Under the pieces are notes generated by a model that saw only the letters and a list, made by a program, of their open reading frames with translations, was not told the DNA's origin and did no database searches. Below, piece after piece: positions 1 to 13,900 of a stretch of DNA of 64,000 nt. The number at the start of each line of letters is the position of its first letter. Position 1 is the stretch's first letter. Origin of the DNA: Chrysomallon squamiferum. Its lineage: Eukaryota > Animalia > Mollusca. Location of the stretch: NCBI GenBank assembly GCA_012295275.1, contig CM022667.1:18724001-18788000 (forward strand), read 5' to 3'. The translations under genes were made by a program, and so were the position numbers.

Positions 1-412
1 ACTATGCATTACAATGTAATTTTCTACATGTATAGATTAGGGGAGCCATATATCCCAAACCACTGGTCCGATTGGCTATGTGATCCCAATTAACATGTAT
101 ACGAAGTTTCATAAATATCTGAGAGTTCAGGTTTAAAAATTATTTTTTTGTTTGATTTGACACTGAATAACCCTTTTCTATATTTCTGTAAAATGTATTT
201 AGAGCAGAGTGTAGAATTTGGTTATTTTATACTTACACTGTTTCAATAAAGCTATACGAATTTTCTCCATGATGAGATTTATTCTACTTATAATAATTAT
301 GGAAAGTGTCTGGCTCAGTGTCAAATCACACACACAAAAAATATTTTTAAACCTGACCATCTCAGATATTTATGAAACTTGGTATACTTGTTAATTGGGA
401 TCACACAGCACA
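1..412. mobile_element. Two oppositely oriented terminal fragments of the same Sola-like DNA transposon family found at 11299-13995
   Basis: Positions ~80-170 and ~316-405 are inverted copies of each other. Both resemble the ends of the element in ADCK5 intron 6 (gggatcccaat..aagtataccaagtttcat; terminus AAGGG(G)TYATTC..TCAAATC). Confidence 0.6.
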
Positions 413-1243
413 TATACTGCATGAACTTCAAGTTACTTATGCAAATCAACTAACAGCCATCATATCGTATCATATCCGTCATTCCGAAAAATCCGCGCGT
501 TTTACTCCTTGCTAAGTCATAAATATTGTAATTAATCAGTGCAAAGTTTTATTAATCTGAAAATACTATCGTTCAACAATAACCAAAATGTATAGTTTGC
601 CTAATCTCGGTTTGAATATATTTTACTTGAGCGAAGACATGTTTTTGAGACTTTTTTTTTTTTTGTAAAAATTGACTATATTATGCTAAGCAGATACACA
701 AAAAGGCAAGTGCGTATGCACAAATATCAAAAAGTTCGTAGGAAAAAAAATCTTACTAAAATGATCTTCTTGGTCCTCGTAGACACAGACAGTTATTTTG
801 TTTGTAAAATTCTCGCGATAAATGGCAAATTAAACTCGATGAATCCAAGAAATTTTGCTCGAATATGAATTAAAAATTAAGTAATGACATTGTTTTTTGT
901 TTTTTCACTATCCCTAATTCGCACCTTTTTGGGGATGGCTCCAAGCTTTAGTCGTGTTTGTGTATTGTACAAGATTATGGTTATAGGTAACACACACGCG
1001 CACACATCTTCACTATATATATATATATATGATTTTTTGCCTTAAGTATTTTAGACATAGTAACAAAATTTAATTCAGTGAGGGCAAGAAATGTGGAAAA
1101 CATTGTTCAAAGCTAATTCATTATTGCTGAGGCTCTACTGTCTGAAAATGCAAGTGGCGAGTTATTCTACGATATGCACCTCCATGTCCAAATTCCGAAG
1201 CTTCGGGCATGTGTGTCTGCAATTTGTACAAGCACTATTATTG

Positions 1244-1281
<38 letters not shown>

Positions 1282-1409
1282 AAATTATTTTTATAACACG
1301 TTAACACCTTTCATTCTGTTTGTCTGGTAATGTACTGCAGAACCCTTATTTCATCCTTTATTGAAATATATTCCTAATATGAATAAAAACGCTTGTGGAT
1401 CTTTTATAG

Positions 1410-1730
1410 CAGTGGTGGCAAAACTACAACACGCGTGTCAGCAGTGATAAACGAGGGCATTTTAAGTGACACGCGCGACATTGAGTACCTTGGACACTGA
1501 TTTAATATATTCTCGACATAAAGGAATTGGCTGGAAAAAATTCAGTTCACAAGAGAAATTAAATAGGCAAGTAATATATTTTTATTTCTTTATTGTACAA
1601 CATAGCATATATAATTCATATACTTGTGTGTTAAAACCATAATGTAATATACCATTTAACAATATAAATTTAGAAGTGACTCAGATATAAAAGTATTGAC
1701 ACGCCTAGCATCAAAGTTTTGCCACCACAG
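1410..1730. mobile_element. hAT (Charlie-like) MITE
   Basis: TIRs CAGTGGTGGCAAAACT...AGTTTTGCCACCACAG, with a perfect 8-bp TSD TTTTATAG at 1402-1409 and 1731-1738. Confidence 0.88.
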
Positions 1731-4002
1731 TTTTATAGTATATGCTCGTGTCAGTAGGTAAAATCTGCGCCACCATTATGGTTCTAAAATTCTGGAATTA
1801 CCATACATGATAGATCCTATAATAAGTATTCGTATAAAAAATGATTAAACACAAAATCGGTCTTTTGCTATATTTAATAGTCGAACTCTCTGGGACACAA
1901 TTTGCTTTAAATAGTATTGTATTCATGTTTGAATGTCGTGCATCATCGTGAATTAACGATCTGGGGATCTGTGAACTTTAACTTTGAAATATATTGACTG
2001 CATAAAATAATCACTGAACTCTGACTTTTGATAAAGCATCTTACAATTTCTTTCAGCGGATTAAACAATTAACATTTGTATTAATTTTCATTAGTTTTTC
2101 TTTTTCTTTCATTTTATAAAATAAAAGATATTAAGTCATTATATGATTTGTTCTTTTGTTTGGGATATAATTATTCCTGTTAACTGTTTAGTGGATTGGA
2201 CCTTAAGTTAAATTTATATCGGGTTATCATCGATTACTAAAAGTTGTTTAATATAGAAAAAGAAAGGAAGACCGGCTTACAAAATCTAAATCCACTTAAT
2301 TTGAAATATAATTTATCTACTAATACATTTTTGAAAAAAAAAAAATACCAGATAATTTTTCATTTTCTAAGTCGTTTTTTTTTTTTTTTTTTGAATTGAG
2401 CAATAAAGTGGATAACTGTGTTAATGGAAAATATACCAATTTCTCTGAACGAATCAACATTTTCTTTTGTTTTAAAATTCTTTCCTCGGACAGTGTTTTC
2501 TTTCGTTTGTATCCCATTACTCAGTTATGCATTTTAGCATGGATATTAAACCTATTGCTAATAACGTGGCTCTTTTTTTTTCACCCATAGTAATCAATAT
2601 TTTAATGATTTTTATTATTCTTACCAGTAAATTAGCATGGACCAACAGGAACGATAACTCGTAACGGCATACATTACGTCAATTAAGCCTCCAGAAAGTT
2701 CGCCGATTTAATGGGTACAAACACCTAAATGTTCTGTTCTAACAGGGGGAACATTGACAACTACAAGAGTTAATACATTAATCTTTTACCGAATTATAAT
2801 TTCAGTTTATTATGCAAGCATTTGCACAGAAATAATCCAGTTTGAAAACTTTGATCAAGTTAAAAAAAATAGTTACGAAAGGCGCGCGACATCATGGTTT
2901 GGTAATAGGAACAACCATCTTTATCTATATCAATGTAAATCATAAAAAGTTAAGAAAATAATTGAATTTGGAAGTTTAAAAATATCCGTCGACTCACGGA
3001 AACGTCCGATCGAAATCCAAGATGGCTGCGTCGAACGCCGATCAGTGTTTATAAATTTTTAAATACGTATGCCTTCATAATGCAATTAATTCTATATGGA
3101 TTATTAAACGTAATTTGGGGAAATGTGTCATTTAATCAATGCCTCGTACACTCAGACGTCTTTTATTGAGTAGAAATTGCTGCAAAGGTCGAAAGCTTTT
3201 TGGAGGGGGTAACTTTGACGTCATACCATCTCGCACACGTTTCGTACTACATATTTTGTTCAGATATTATTAAGTCGCCGGAAAAAATAAAAATAAAAAT
3301 TGAAAAATAAAAATTAAATTATATAAAAATAAATAATGTTCAAAGACACTGGCACGTGAATATGAAGATAACTATTCTCATTAGGTACCGTAATGTGGAC
3401 ACGTTACTCTGCTAAAACTGCATAGCGGAGAGTTCGGAGTACGTAGTTGTAAAACGATACTTGAAACCATTATAATTTCTTTTCTTTTTTTCTTTTTTTT
3501 TTGTAATATTTATTACCATTTTCAATGCATCAAAATTCGTATTTATATGTAAAAAGCAAATTGATCACGTGTTATTTGATTGCCTTGATACATTCATTAT
3601 AACGCTTGGTGCAGTTTTACAACATAAAATAATAATAATAAAAAAAAATAAAGGTACGTCAACTTTCCGTATAAAAAAAAAATAGTTAAAAATTAAATTT
3701 TCACTCTTTTTCGTTAATACAAAAAGCATTCAAATTCTAAAAACTATTAAATATGCAAACAATGAGTTTCCAGTTTTTATTTTTTAAACATCATTGGTCC
3801 ATTACTGAGTAATACTTATATTTTAAAAGTTACAAATAACGACGAATATTTCGATGCAGTGATTGAACTAAACTTACAATACTGTAAATTTTAGCTTTAA
3901 TTTATTTTGTTAAAACGTGACTGACCATGGCATTATAATTATTGCAGGATTTGAAAATAACTTTTTATGGGTTGTTTTTTTCACTCGTTTTTGCCTCCCA
4001 AA

Positions 4003-5816
4003 GAGTGTCTTCCCATCTGGTAGAATTCCCAGTTCGTATAATTCCCATTTCGTAGAAAAAGCTCGTCTACCGCAATACCTGATTACCTCTGTATATAATG
4101 AACTTGGCCGGTACATACATCTGGTTTCTTTCTAACATTCAGAAGCGGAGCGCATTGTTCCTAAGTCGATTATGTAACATCATCCGAAAGCAGAAAAAGC
4201 GTTCACTACTCATTTGTTGTAGATTTTTTACTTTTTCATTATTATCATCATCATCTTTCTCCTCCTCATTATCATCATCATAATCATCATCATTAACATT
4301 ATTATTATAACATTATTACTATTATGATTGTTGTTGTTGTTGTTATTATTATTATTATTCGTATTCTTCTTATTCTTATTCGTATTATTATTATTATTAT
4401 CATTATTATTATTAAGCTGGTCATTTCTAATTCATAAACATTTTCTTTCCGTTACAAAACAACCGACCAATAATAAACAATTTTACATCATGTTCATCTA
4501 TTAAAAATAAAATAAAATAAAATAAAAAAGTGGCACGATGTGTTTTTCGTTAATTCTCATGTTTGCTTCTGTAAAAGAAAACGACAAAAATATTATTATG
4601 AATAACTAATTTTATTCAACAATATAATTTAAAAAAACAAACAAAAAAACATTTTACATAAGAGTAATTCACTTATATTCAGTAAATAGAATATGTGAAC
4701 GTTACATTTATCATTAACTGTTCGAATTAAACCATATTCAGTTTAAACATGTTCAAAATATGTTACTGAGCATATTTACGTTATGCACACATACATATTC
4801 ACATTGTGCACATATTATACAATATATGTGACATAGTATATTAATAGTAAGTACACTAAAGATATTATGACCTGCAAATACTTTGGCTATGACTGAAAAA
4901 GTTTATACGAAGGACCAAATCATTGGGAATACTTTCAGATGAATACCTTCTTTTTTAATTATTTACATTCACTACATTCGATACATAGATTATTTCGATA
5001 TCTGTCATATTTGCATACTTTATGCGATAAGTGATTCCATACTACAATAATACCTCAGATTAAAGATGTAATTGGTTCCAAATTTCCGATAGTTAAGTGA
5101 GGTATCGTTAAGCGGGAGACTAATTTACACAGAATTAAGGTTAAAAGCAATGGTTACTTTCTCGCTGATGAAATTTGACATTAAAAGAAAAAAAGAAAAA
5201 AGAAAGGTGAAATAAGGAGAAATAAAACGGCAGTTTAGACATAAATGATTTAATAAATTATAAGTATTAAGTAAACAGTAAATCATTTACAAATCAATTT
5301 ATACAAATACATTAAGAAAATAATTATATGCCGCTCATTGTGGGTTCGTTTTTGTGGGTTTTGGTTTCATTTAAGATAATGTATTTTGTTTCTAAAGTTA
5401 TTGTCTTCCGTTTCTTTTATCATCAGCATTTGCCGTTATAGTTATTCGTTTTGACATATTGGAAGGGTAAATTACAAACGAGTTTGTCTAAATCAAAGCA
5501 GCTGAGAGAAGCTCGTCAATGAACGAAAAACGAACGAAAACGGACTTTAAAAACATGCACTGAATCCATTTGTATCATTTATTTCGAGCAAATAACTATT
5601 AAATTTCTATTTATATAATTTGTAAAGAAAAAAGATCGTTAAAGCGGGATATCGTTAAGCGAGATGTTACTGTATTTATACAATAATAATCGGTTTCCTG
5701 ATAATCTGGAACAGTTCATTATAATGACTGAGTAAAAACATGTACGTCAATAAGACCACTGAACCAAATTTAGCCTTTCGACGAATTGGGAATTCTACCA
5801 AATGGGAGTGGGCACC
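4003..5816. mobile_element. Non-autonomous MULE-like element, family shared with 48720-49685, with a nested MITE
   Basis: TIRs tcccatctggtagaattcccagttcgt / acgaattgggaattctaccaaatggga. Subterminal blocks (aatacctgattacc..aatgaacttggcc; aatcggtttcc..aatctggaacagttcattataatgac) recur at 48770-48805 and 49545-49590. Confidence 0.65.
5043..5674. mobile_element. Tigger/pogo-like MITE
   Basis: TA-flanked degenerate TIRs (tacaataatacctcagattaaagat / atcgttaagcgagatgttactgta) with an internal repeated tatcgttaagcg motif. Confidence 0.55.
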
Positions 5817-6494
5817 ACAAAGTAATGTACTATATTTTGGAAGAAATTGCAAATGTCTGTATTAATTTCTATTTCCTTTTCTTTTAGTCACGCACCACTA
5901 CTTTAGTCTTCATAACGTAATACTTTTCGACTTTTACGTCGTGAATTGATATGCTGTTCGTGATAATTGAGGTAAAGTATGAAACGTGATTTTCATTAAC
6001 ATTGTTCTACATGAATCTTAATAACTGGTAAGTTCTGTGCAGGTGAAACGTTTTATAGTTTAGGTTTAAGAAGGTTTAAATACTGTTTAGAAATGTTGCG
6101 TGTTCAGTTGACATATCTGGAGAGAAGGTTAAGGAAATGTCTGATGACAGTGATAACATGTTGAATTTAAAGCTTGCTTGCTTCGGTACATTATGAACTT
6201 AGTTAATTAAAAAAAAAAAAAAAAAAAAAAAAAATATATATATACACACAATGAAAATAGATTTTAATTTCATTTTATATACATTATATTTAATTTCATT
6301 ACTATATTAGTATATACAGTTTAGATCCAGGCCTTGCCCTTGGCAAATGTAATTTTCTTCTGAATTTTTATTTTTACTGTTTTGTCGCATCAGCATGCAG
6401 TCATTTTCTAATTGAGATTTAGTCAGTCTTGGTTTCATTTTAGTCATCACCATCGTTACCAGTATCTAATGTGTTGCCATTTTTGCAAACAACT

Positions 6495-6528
<34 letters not shown>

Positions 6529-6821
6529 ATAAAATAAATTCACTCAAGGGAGGTAATCAACAATTATACCATTATAATTTATTGCTATGGCATGGATGCT
6601 CGACATACATAGACATTTTTAAATTGAAGTAACCTCTAAACATTTACATTGTTGAATTTACGATTTTGAATATTTTGTAAATCAAATAGCTGATGCAGAT
6701 AAAATGTGGTAATCTTGCGTTTTTGGTGCTAGTCACATTATTATTAGTTCTGGTTCAGTGGTTGTTACTTAAATATACATTCCGAAAATAAATAGCCTTT
6801 ACTCAGTGGACTTGTACTGAA

Positions 6822-6863
<42 letters not shown>

Positions 6864-7490
6864 TTTTTTTTTTTTTTTTTTACACTGTTTATTTTAAGTG
6901 CCTCTGATTTGACAACCAGCAAGCAAAACAACAAATTACACCAGAATTTCTGCTGACAAGCTGTAGATCTAAACTTCAGAATATCTAAATTTATACCAAA
7001 CTGTATGAAACAGAAAGCTATAATTAAAAAAAAAATGCTACTGCTAATAAATAATTTTTTGTTATTTGGATTGTGCAATACTATATTAATTGATTAAATA
7101 TTATGAAAACAGAAAACAAAATTTGCTCTGTAAGTGTCCCAGAAATTCTAAATTGGCACCAGTGATAAGGCATTCAACAGATTTACATGACTTTTAGTTT
7201 ATTTTTCAGGGTTCACCATTCTTGGAAGGTTCTGCATGATATAAGGATGTAAGAGCAGATGAATGTAAAAACATACTTTAAAAATATCATATAATGCAGG
7301 ATAATGGAAAGATTTAATTTATTAATGGGATTGATATAAAATTGTGTTTTTCAGTTACTTTTAACAGACAATAATTTTAAAAGTTACACTAATAAGGCTT
7401 GTTGAGAAGATCTGTTGAAAATGACAGATGAATTTGAAGAGCCAGTTTGGTAATTTAATCCACTGAAAACTGTAGACTTTTTTTTTAAGA

Positions 7491-7858
7491 ATGATCATGG
7501 CACTGACATGCATCAAACAGATGAGACCATATATGAAATGTTATTTCACATTGCCGTCTGTATTGCTATCAAAACCATTACCAGACCCTGTTAGGCATGG
7601 TTATATGTGTTGTGCCAAAGTAGAAAAATGCGTTCTTGTAACTAAAAACAACCAGTGTGGATTTAATCGTTGTTTGTTCACAAGGGCAAGGATTGTTAGA
7701 AAACACTGGGCAGTTCAAGGGGTTCTCATGTTTGGTGGTTTAGGTATTGTGTCACTTGCAGCCTACAACTACTTTCTGGATGTCCGACAGAAGAGACAAG
7801 TGAGAATACTGTTAGGTGGAATTGCCAGATTCTTAAGGTATATCAAGATTTAATACAG

Positions 7859-7907
<49 letters not shown>

Positions 7908-10900
7908 ATAACACTGGACAATTATTTTTATGATCAAGACATCTGTAGTGAAGATGACAAATTATTGGCTTTAAGTTTGAGCATAGTGATTTTGTTTCTG
8001 ACAAATGTAAAATTGCATGTTACTATGTTATTAAGAAAATAAATAATAGATCTCTTATTTTGTCTGTAGGTCATTACAAATTGGTCTTGCTATCTCAATG
8101 GACTATAAGTGGACACTGTGGGGTCTAGATGAGGATTCAGAAGAGTATAAAGAAGTCATTGGTCCATGTCATGAGCGAGCAGCTGAAAGAATTTTGGTTG
8201 GCTGCTTGAAGAATGGTGGACTTTATATTAAACTGGGGCAGGGTCTTGTATCAATGAATCACATTCTTCCAAAGGAATACACCAATGTGCTTGTTGTACT
8301 TCAGGATAAAACCCTGGCAAAAAAACCACATGAGGTATAAATCATTTAATTAGGTTGATTGAATTAATTACTTCTTTAGTAACTTCAGATTCGCTTAATT
8401 CTGGGGTGGTAAATATAGGTGGGTCATTATTGTAAATATATATAATCTTTTTCTAATGTTAATATTTGCTTATGAAATTATTAATTTAATTTAATTTATA
8501 TAACCTCATACAGAAAAACTCTTTTGACAGATATAGACTTGCTTTTTGGAATAATTTATAAATTTCTTTAAAAAGATATTGCTTAAATAATACATTCTAA
8601 ACTATAGCTGAATATGTTTTTAAAATAATTATATTAAACATTAGAAATGGAAAGTTATTAACTAGCTAAGTTAATGTTAGAGTTCTATATCCAAATCAGT
8701 TATTATTTCAAGGTTGAACAGTTGTTTTTGGAAGATTTTGGTAAGACACCACAGCAGATGTTTCGCTGGTTTGATGAAAAAGAAATTGCTGCTGCCAGCC
8801 TAGCTCAAGTTCACAAAGCTATCACACATGATGGCCAGAATGTTGCAGTCAAGGTACTTACGTACAAAACAAATTACATACATTCTTTTTATCACCATGA
8901 TTTGATACAGTGAGTTTTTATATTTCCTAATGGTTCCAGGAATATCATGATTATTTGTTAAAACAATGCATTACAAAGGAATAATAAACACTATTTTTTA
9001 CCTCACTTTAGTCAATGTCCAGTAATTTGAAATAAAACAAATTAATAATTGATTTTAACAGCAATGTTATATTTGGAAATGGTGCGTTTTAACAGGATTT
9101 GTATCTTTAGCCACTTCTGTTCTGATTGATAACAAGACAGCAAATGTATGAAATATATTATCATACTGATAAATGATTTTGCTTTTGCAAACCTTATAAA
9201 GTTTCTTTACAGATACAGTATATTGACTTGAGAGACAGGTTTGCTGGTGACATTCGCACCTGTGAGATTCTTTTAACTATTATTGGCTGGATTCACCCTA
9301 AATTCTCTTTTGCATGGACACTTCAGGTGAGTAGAGGATTCATCCATTGTTTTCTTTAAAAGTTTGGTTAACAGTACTAAGTATAAAACTATTTCTTTAT
9401 GATTTAAATTATTAACCAATGTCCTTAATGCTTGTATGAACATGAACAGCCCTCCAAAATTTCCTTATACCCATAAAATAACAAAAATATTTAAAAAGGC
9501 TTTTACAGCAAAACAAACATTATTTTAAAACAGATTACATTGTTAATATCTTTCTACTGTTATTGTACCTCTACTATGACATTATAGGTACTGGCCCTTT
9601 GATGGCCTTGAAAAAAGTATAGTCAATCAAGTCGAAAGTGGCTTTCACTTTTTTTATGAAGTACTGCAGTAATATTTTGATGCTTTAGATACCTTTGTTT
9701 ATGTATTAATGATGTTACTATTTTTGAAAAAAAACTTTTTTATATTTACAATGTAATCAGGATTATTTAAATTTTAATATATTTCTTCAAGGACTTAAAA
9801 GCAACCCTTCAGCAGGAACTAGACTTTGAAAATGAAGGAAGAAACAGTGAACAGTGTCAAGAAGATCTCAAACACTTGAAATATGTCTATGTTCCAAAAG
9901 TCTTCTGGGAGATGACAACCAAGGTGAGTTAATTTTTATTAAAGTAATATATTTACCACTGTTTGGATCTGCATAATGTTTTTCTAATTTATATCAATTA
10001 TCATTAAAATATTCTCATTCTGAAACCATTTTCTAAAAATCTTTGCAAGCTATTATGAGGTATATGAGATGATTTCAGTGTTATATAATTTTAGCAATAA
10101 CTTTTTAAAATATCTGTTTAGTTATTGTAATATGTAGCAGTGGTCTTGCCAGCTTTTATGGAAGGGATGGCGGGAATTGGTGTAACTGGTGCAAGTTAAA
10201 TGAAGGGATGGTACTGAACATTTTCAGGGTCAAGTCCTTGGACCATTCTTCAGATTACTTGTTTGTCAAAAATACTTCTATAAATAATTGTATCAAATGC
10301 ATTAACTATTAACAAATTTATTTTATTTGCAATTAAATAAAGTCAAAGTGTCTGTTGCCGGCAAATTTTGTCCGGTTATTCTTTACATGAATATACAAAA
10401 TAATACACCTATACGTACTCACATGTATGTGTTTGTGTGTATGTATACATATATATATAGATAGATAGATAGATATACAGATACTGTTTTGTAACCTGTA
10501 TATATATTAATTATTATATAAATGTCTGTGAAATGTGAGATCGTTTTCGTTGCTCTGAAAGTAAAAAATTGCCATGCAGTATGATAATTAATATTTATGA
10601 GAATATGTACTGTTAATAATAATTATTTTTATATTGTGTGGATTGAACAACAAAGACAATATTTTAAAAAGTTGTTTATGTATTATAGGATAATGTAATT
10701 ATTATACAGCTGTATTTGTAGTGATCATTAAAATTCATGTGCAGTAATTTAGCTGTGCAGCACCTGCTATAGTAGCCTTGATTACACAAGCATTGTGAGT
10801 AGCAGCAAATTTCAGAGGAATTGGATTTTGTCCCTTTGTAAATAAGACAGTCATGGCTTCGGACAAGACACATGAACTGCTGACCCCAAAAGTACAAAAC

Positions 10901-13900
10901 AATGGCATGACAGCCAGTCTAAATAAACGGATGTCAGATATTGATTACAGTATGAAGCGAGACCTCTGTATAGACTCAAGTCAAAGATTAAATTTATTTA
11001 TTAAGTTGGAAAATTTGTTTTAATTTCAAATTTTGTTTTTACAGAGAATATTGACAACAGAATTTATTGATGGGTACAAAATTAGTGACATTGATGGAAT
11101 AAAGAGCCTAGGACTTTCAATATCCGATGTAAGTAATTTTATTTTGTATATAATTATAAACAATTTCTGCATTACAAAAATAATTTAAAACAGGTACTGC
11201 ATTAATAAATTTAATTCTGAAAATATTACCGATTATGTTTTATATTAAAAGAGGATAAAAGGAACAATGAACATGAGTTAATATAGGGAAGGATTGGAAG
11301 GGGTCATTCCATATCAAATCACCCCCCAAAAAACAACAATTAAATGTCTCCTATTTTTATGAAACTTCTTATACCTGGGATCCAGGCCAATCGAACCAGT
11401 GGTGTGGGAGATAGGGCCCCTCAGATTTTGAGATTTTTGGCAAAAATGGGTGTGACCACCACCCTTTGAACCCTCATATCTCAGGAACTACTAGGACAAT
11501 CTTCATAAAATTGGTATTGTTGAAAAGGCAATACGACAAGGATTCCAAATCTGCCATTATTGAAAATTCTGGTGTACACTGACCGTTTGATCTTTGTTAT
11601 GACCTTGAAATTGACCTTGGGGATCACGTGAACTTGAGATGACCTTTATTGAAATTTAATCTCCCACATCTTAACTAAAATATATAAAAGTTTCCTGGGT
11701 GTAATATCTTTTGTTTAGCCACAATATAGATTTAAAAGCTGCACATCCATGAAAATAACACCTTTTCTGCCATTAACATCTGCCATTAAAACCTGAATGA
11801 TCAATTCTGGATGCTAGGAATCACCATCTCTCTTGATCACCGAGTAAGACGTTGTAGGCCTACATGTATGCATAAAGTTCACATAAATTTGAGAGAACTA
11901 GGCGTTTCTGACGCTTAACCTTCTCACCATCTTTGTTTTGAATGCTCACTGTATCCTTCATTCCCGGACACATTCTACTCTTCTTGTCACTTCCATAAAA
12001 TTGGACTATTTCCTCCTTCATTTCATTTAACAGAATTTCCCTTGTTTCTTATCAGAGAGGGATAGAATCCCTTTCTCTTTCTTCACCACACAGCTTTTTT
12101 TTGACAAGGTAATTCATTGTTTCATATTCATTCATTGCCTTTCAGTGGTAAAGGGTGACAAAGTCAAGATTTGCATACACTCTGGGTAGGATTCAGACAT
12201 CTTGAATTTCTCTTTTAACTCCTCCAACATGTTACTGAATAAATGAAGATCTGATTTTTCTGATGAGCCAAGGTCACTTTCAGGAGAAAGAAATGGAATA
12301 TCATAGACTATTTCAAGATGTCATTTTAATGTTACTGTAGCTGATGCTAGTTTTTTCTGTCCTTTCATTTGTTTACTGGAACATGCTAGTGAATGGAGTT
12401 TAACAGGAGTTTCGCCTAAACGTGACAGGCTAGAATTCAAATCAAGGTCCTTTTCTGGGGAAACAACAACCAGCAGTTTGTCTGGCAAGTTATCATCAAA
12501 TTCTTCCATAGTAATACCACCCATACTAAAGCCATCCTCTTCAGGGTTTTGGACCTTTGATTTCTGAAGTCAAATCAGACAGTCACAGCACAATGTGTCT
12601 CCTGGCACCAGTATCTTTGGAGGATTTACTAAGCATTTGCAAGTACCCATGCTAAGAATTCTTAAAGATCTAGTGTGTGCTTGCTTAGGATGGCAATTAA
12701 GGGGATCACAACACTTTTTCCGCAATGTAGAAAACTTGATTAAAAGTTCTTGTTTGTGATGTAAACTGATACTCTTAATGTTCCATGTTTTGATTACACT
12801 TCAAAGAGTGAGGAGTTCGACTTCCTCAGTTTTCCACACACTTCGCAACAAATCCTTTTTGGTATGATGGTGTTGATAACACACATTTTCAGGAGAGTAA
12901 AAGCTGCAGTTAGCCCTGGAAGAAATAAGGATTTTCAGTTCAGTTCAATAGAACAAAGTCAGTACTTTCCTAAATATCAAATCAAATCCTGAAACCCTTT
13001 CAGTAAAGTTAAGCAGGTCATAAAATGGCAGCAGAGTACATGTGTCATTGCCAAAGGCCCACAAGTCTTGTTCATTTAGGTCAAACTTTTCAAGTATAAA
13101 TCACAGTTTATCAAGGTGAAGGTAGACCTTGTTCATATTCTGTGCTGAAGACTGGATGTACAAATTCATTATGCAGTACATCACTTGATGAAGTCTGATT
13201 TCAGACTGGGTTGTACTGTAGTTGACTGAAACCTTGTTCAAAACCATTGGCAAGGCACCTGACATGATAAAATGACTTAATAGGTTTTATGAAGAAAACA
13301 TAATGCTTACATATCAACATCTGACATTGTGTCCAAGTTTAAATCTTCAGATTGTCAAAGAAATGCAGATGAAGAAACTTCTTTGTCTTAAACTTCTAAC
13401 TGCATGTTCTCAATGGGGATTGCATCATTAAAGGAGTTCCTGACCTGCCTGAAGCATCACTTCCTGTTAACCCTTTGAGCCTGATTGTGTAGAACATGTC
13501 ATGCCATTTGGAATCTTTTCATATCCTTCAGGCATTCCTTCAGACAGGTCAGGTGGGTTTTAACTCCAAAGATGAGTTTTTGGTCTCAGAGAAGTGTATA
13601 CATGTAGAAAATGTACATTGTAATGCACTGTATCAATCATCCATGCAGGTATGAATTTTGTAAATCTATATTATGGCTAAACAAAAAATTTTACACCCAG
13701 GAAACTTTTATATGATTTAATTAACATATGTGGGAGATTAAATTTCAATAAAGGTAATTTCAAGGTCACGTGATCCACAAGGCCAATTTCAAGGTCATAG
13801 CAAAGGTCAAAAGGTAAATGTACCCCAACATTTTCCTGAGATATGAGGGTTCAAAGATTGGTGGTAACACCCATTTTTGCCAAAAATCTCAAAATTCCAT

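Noticed and set aside
5400-5435. Minus-strand CTGATGA-TAAAA-GAAAC minimal hammerhead-like motif
   Set aside because: No stem III palindrome or GUH, and no stem I pairing. It lies inside a DNA-transposon MITE.
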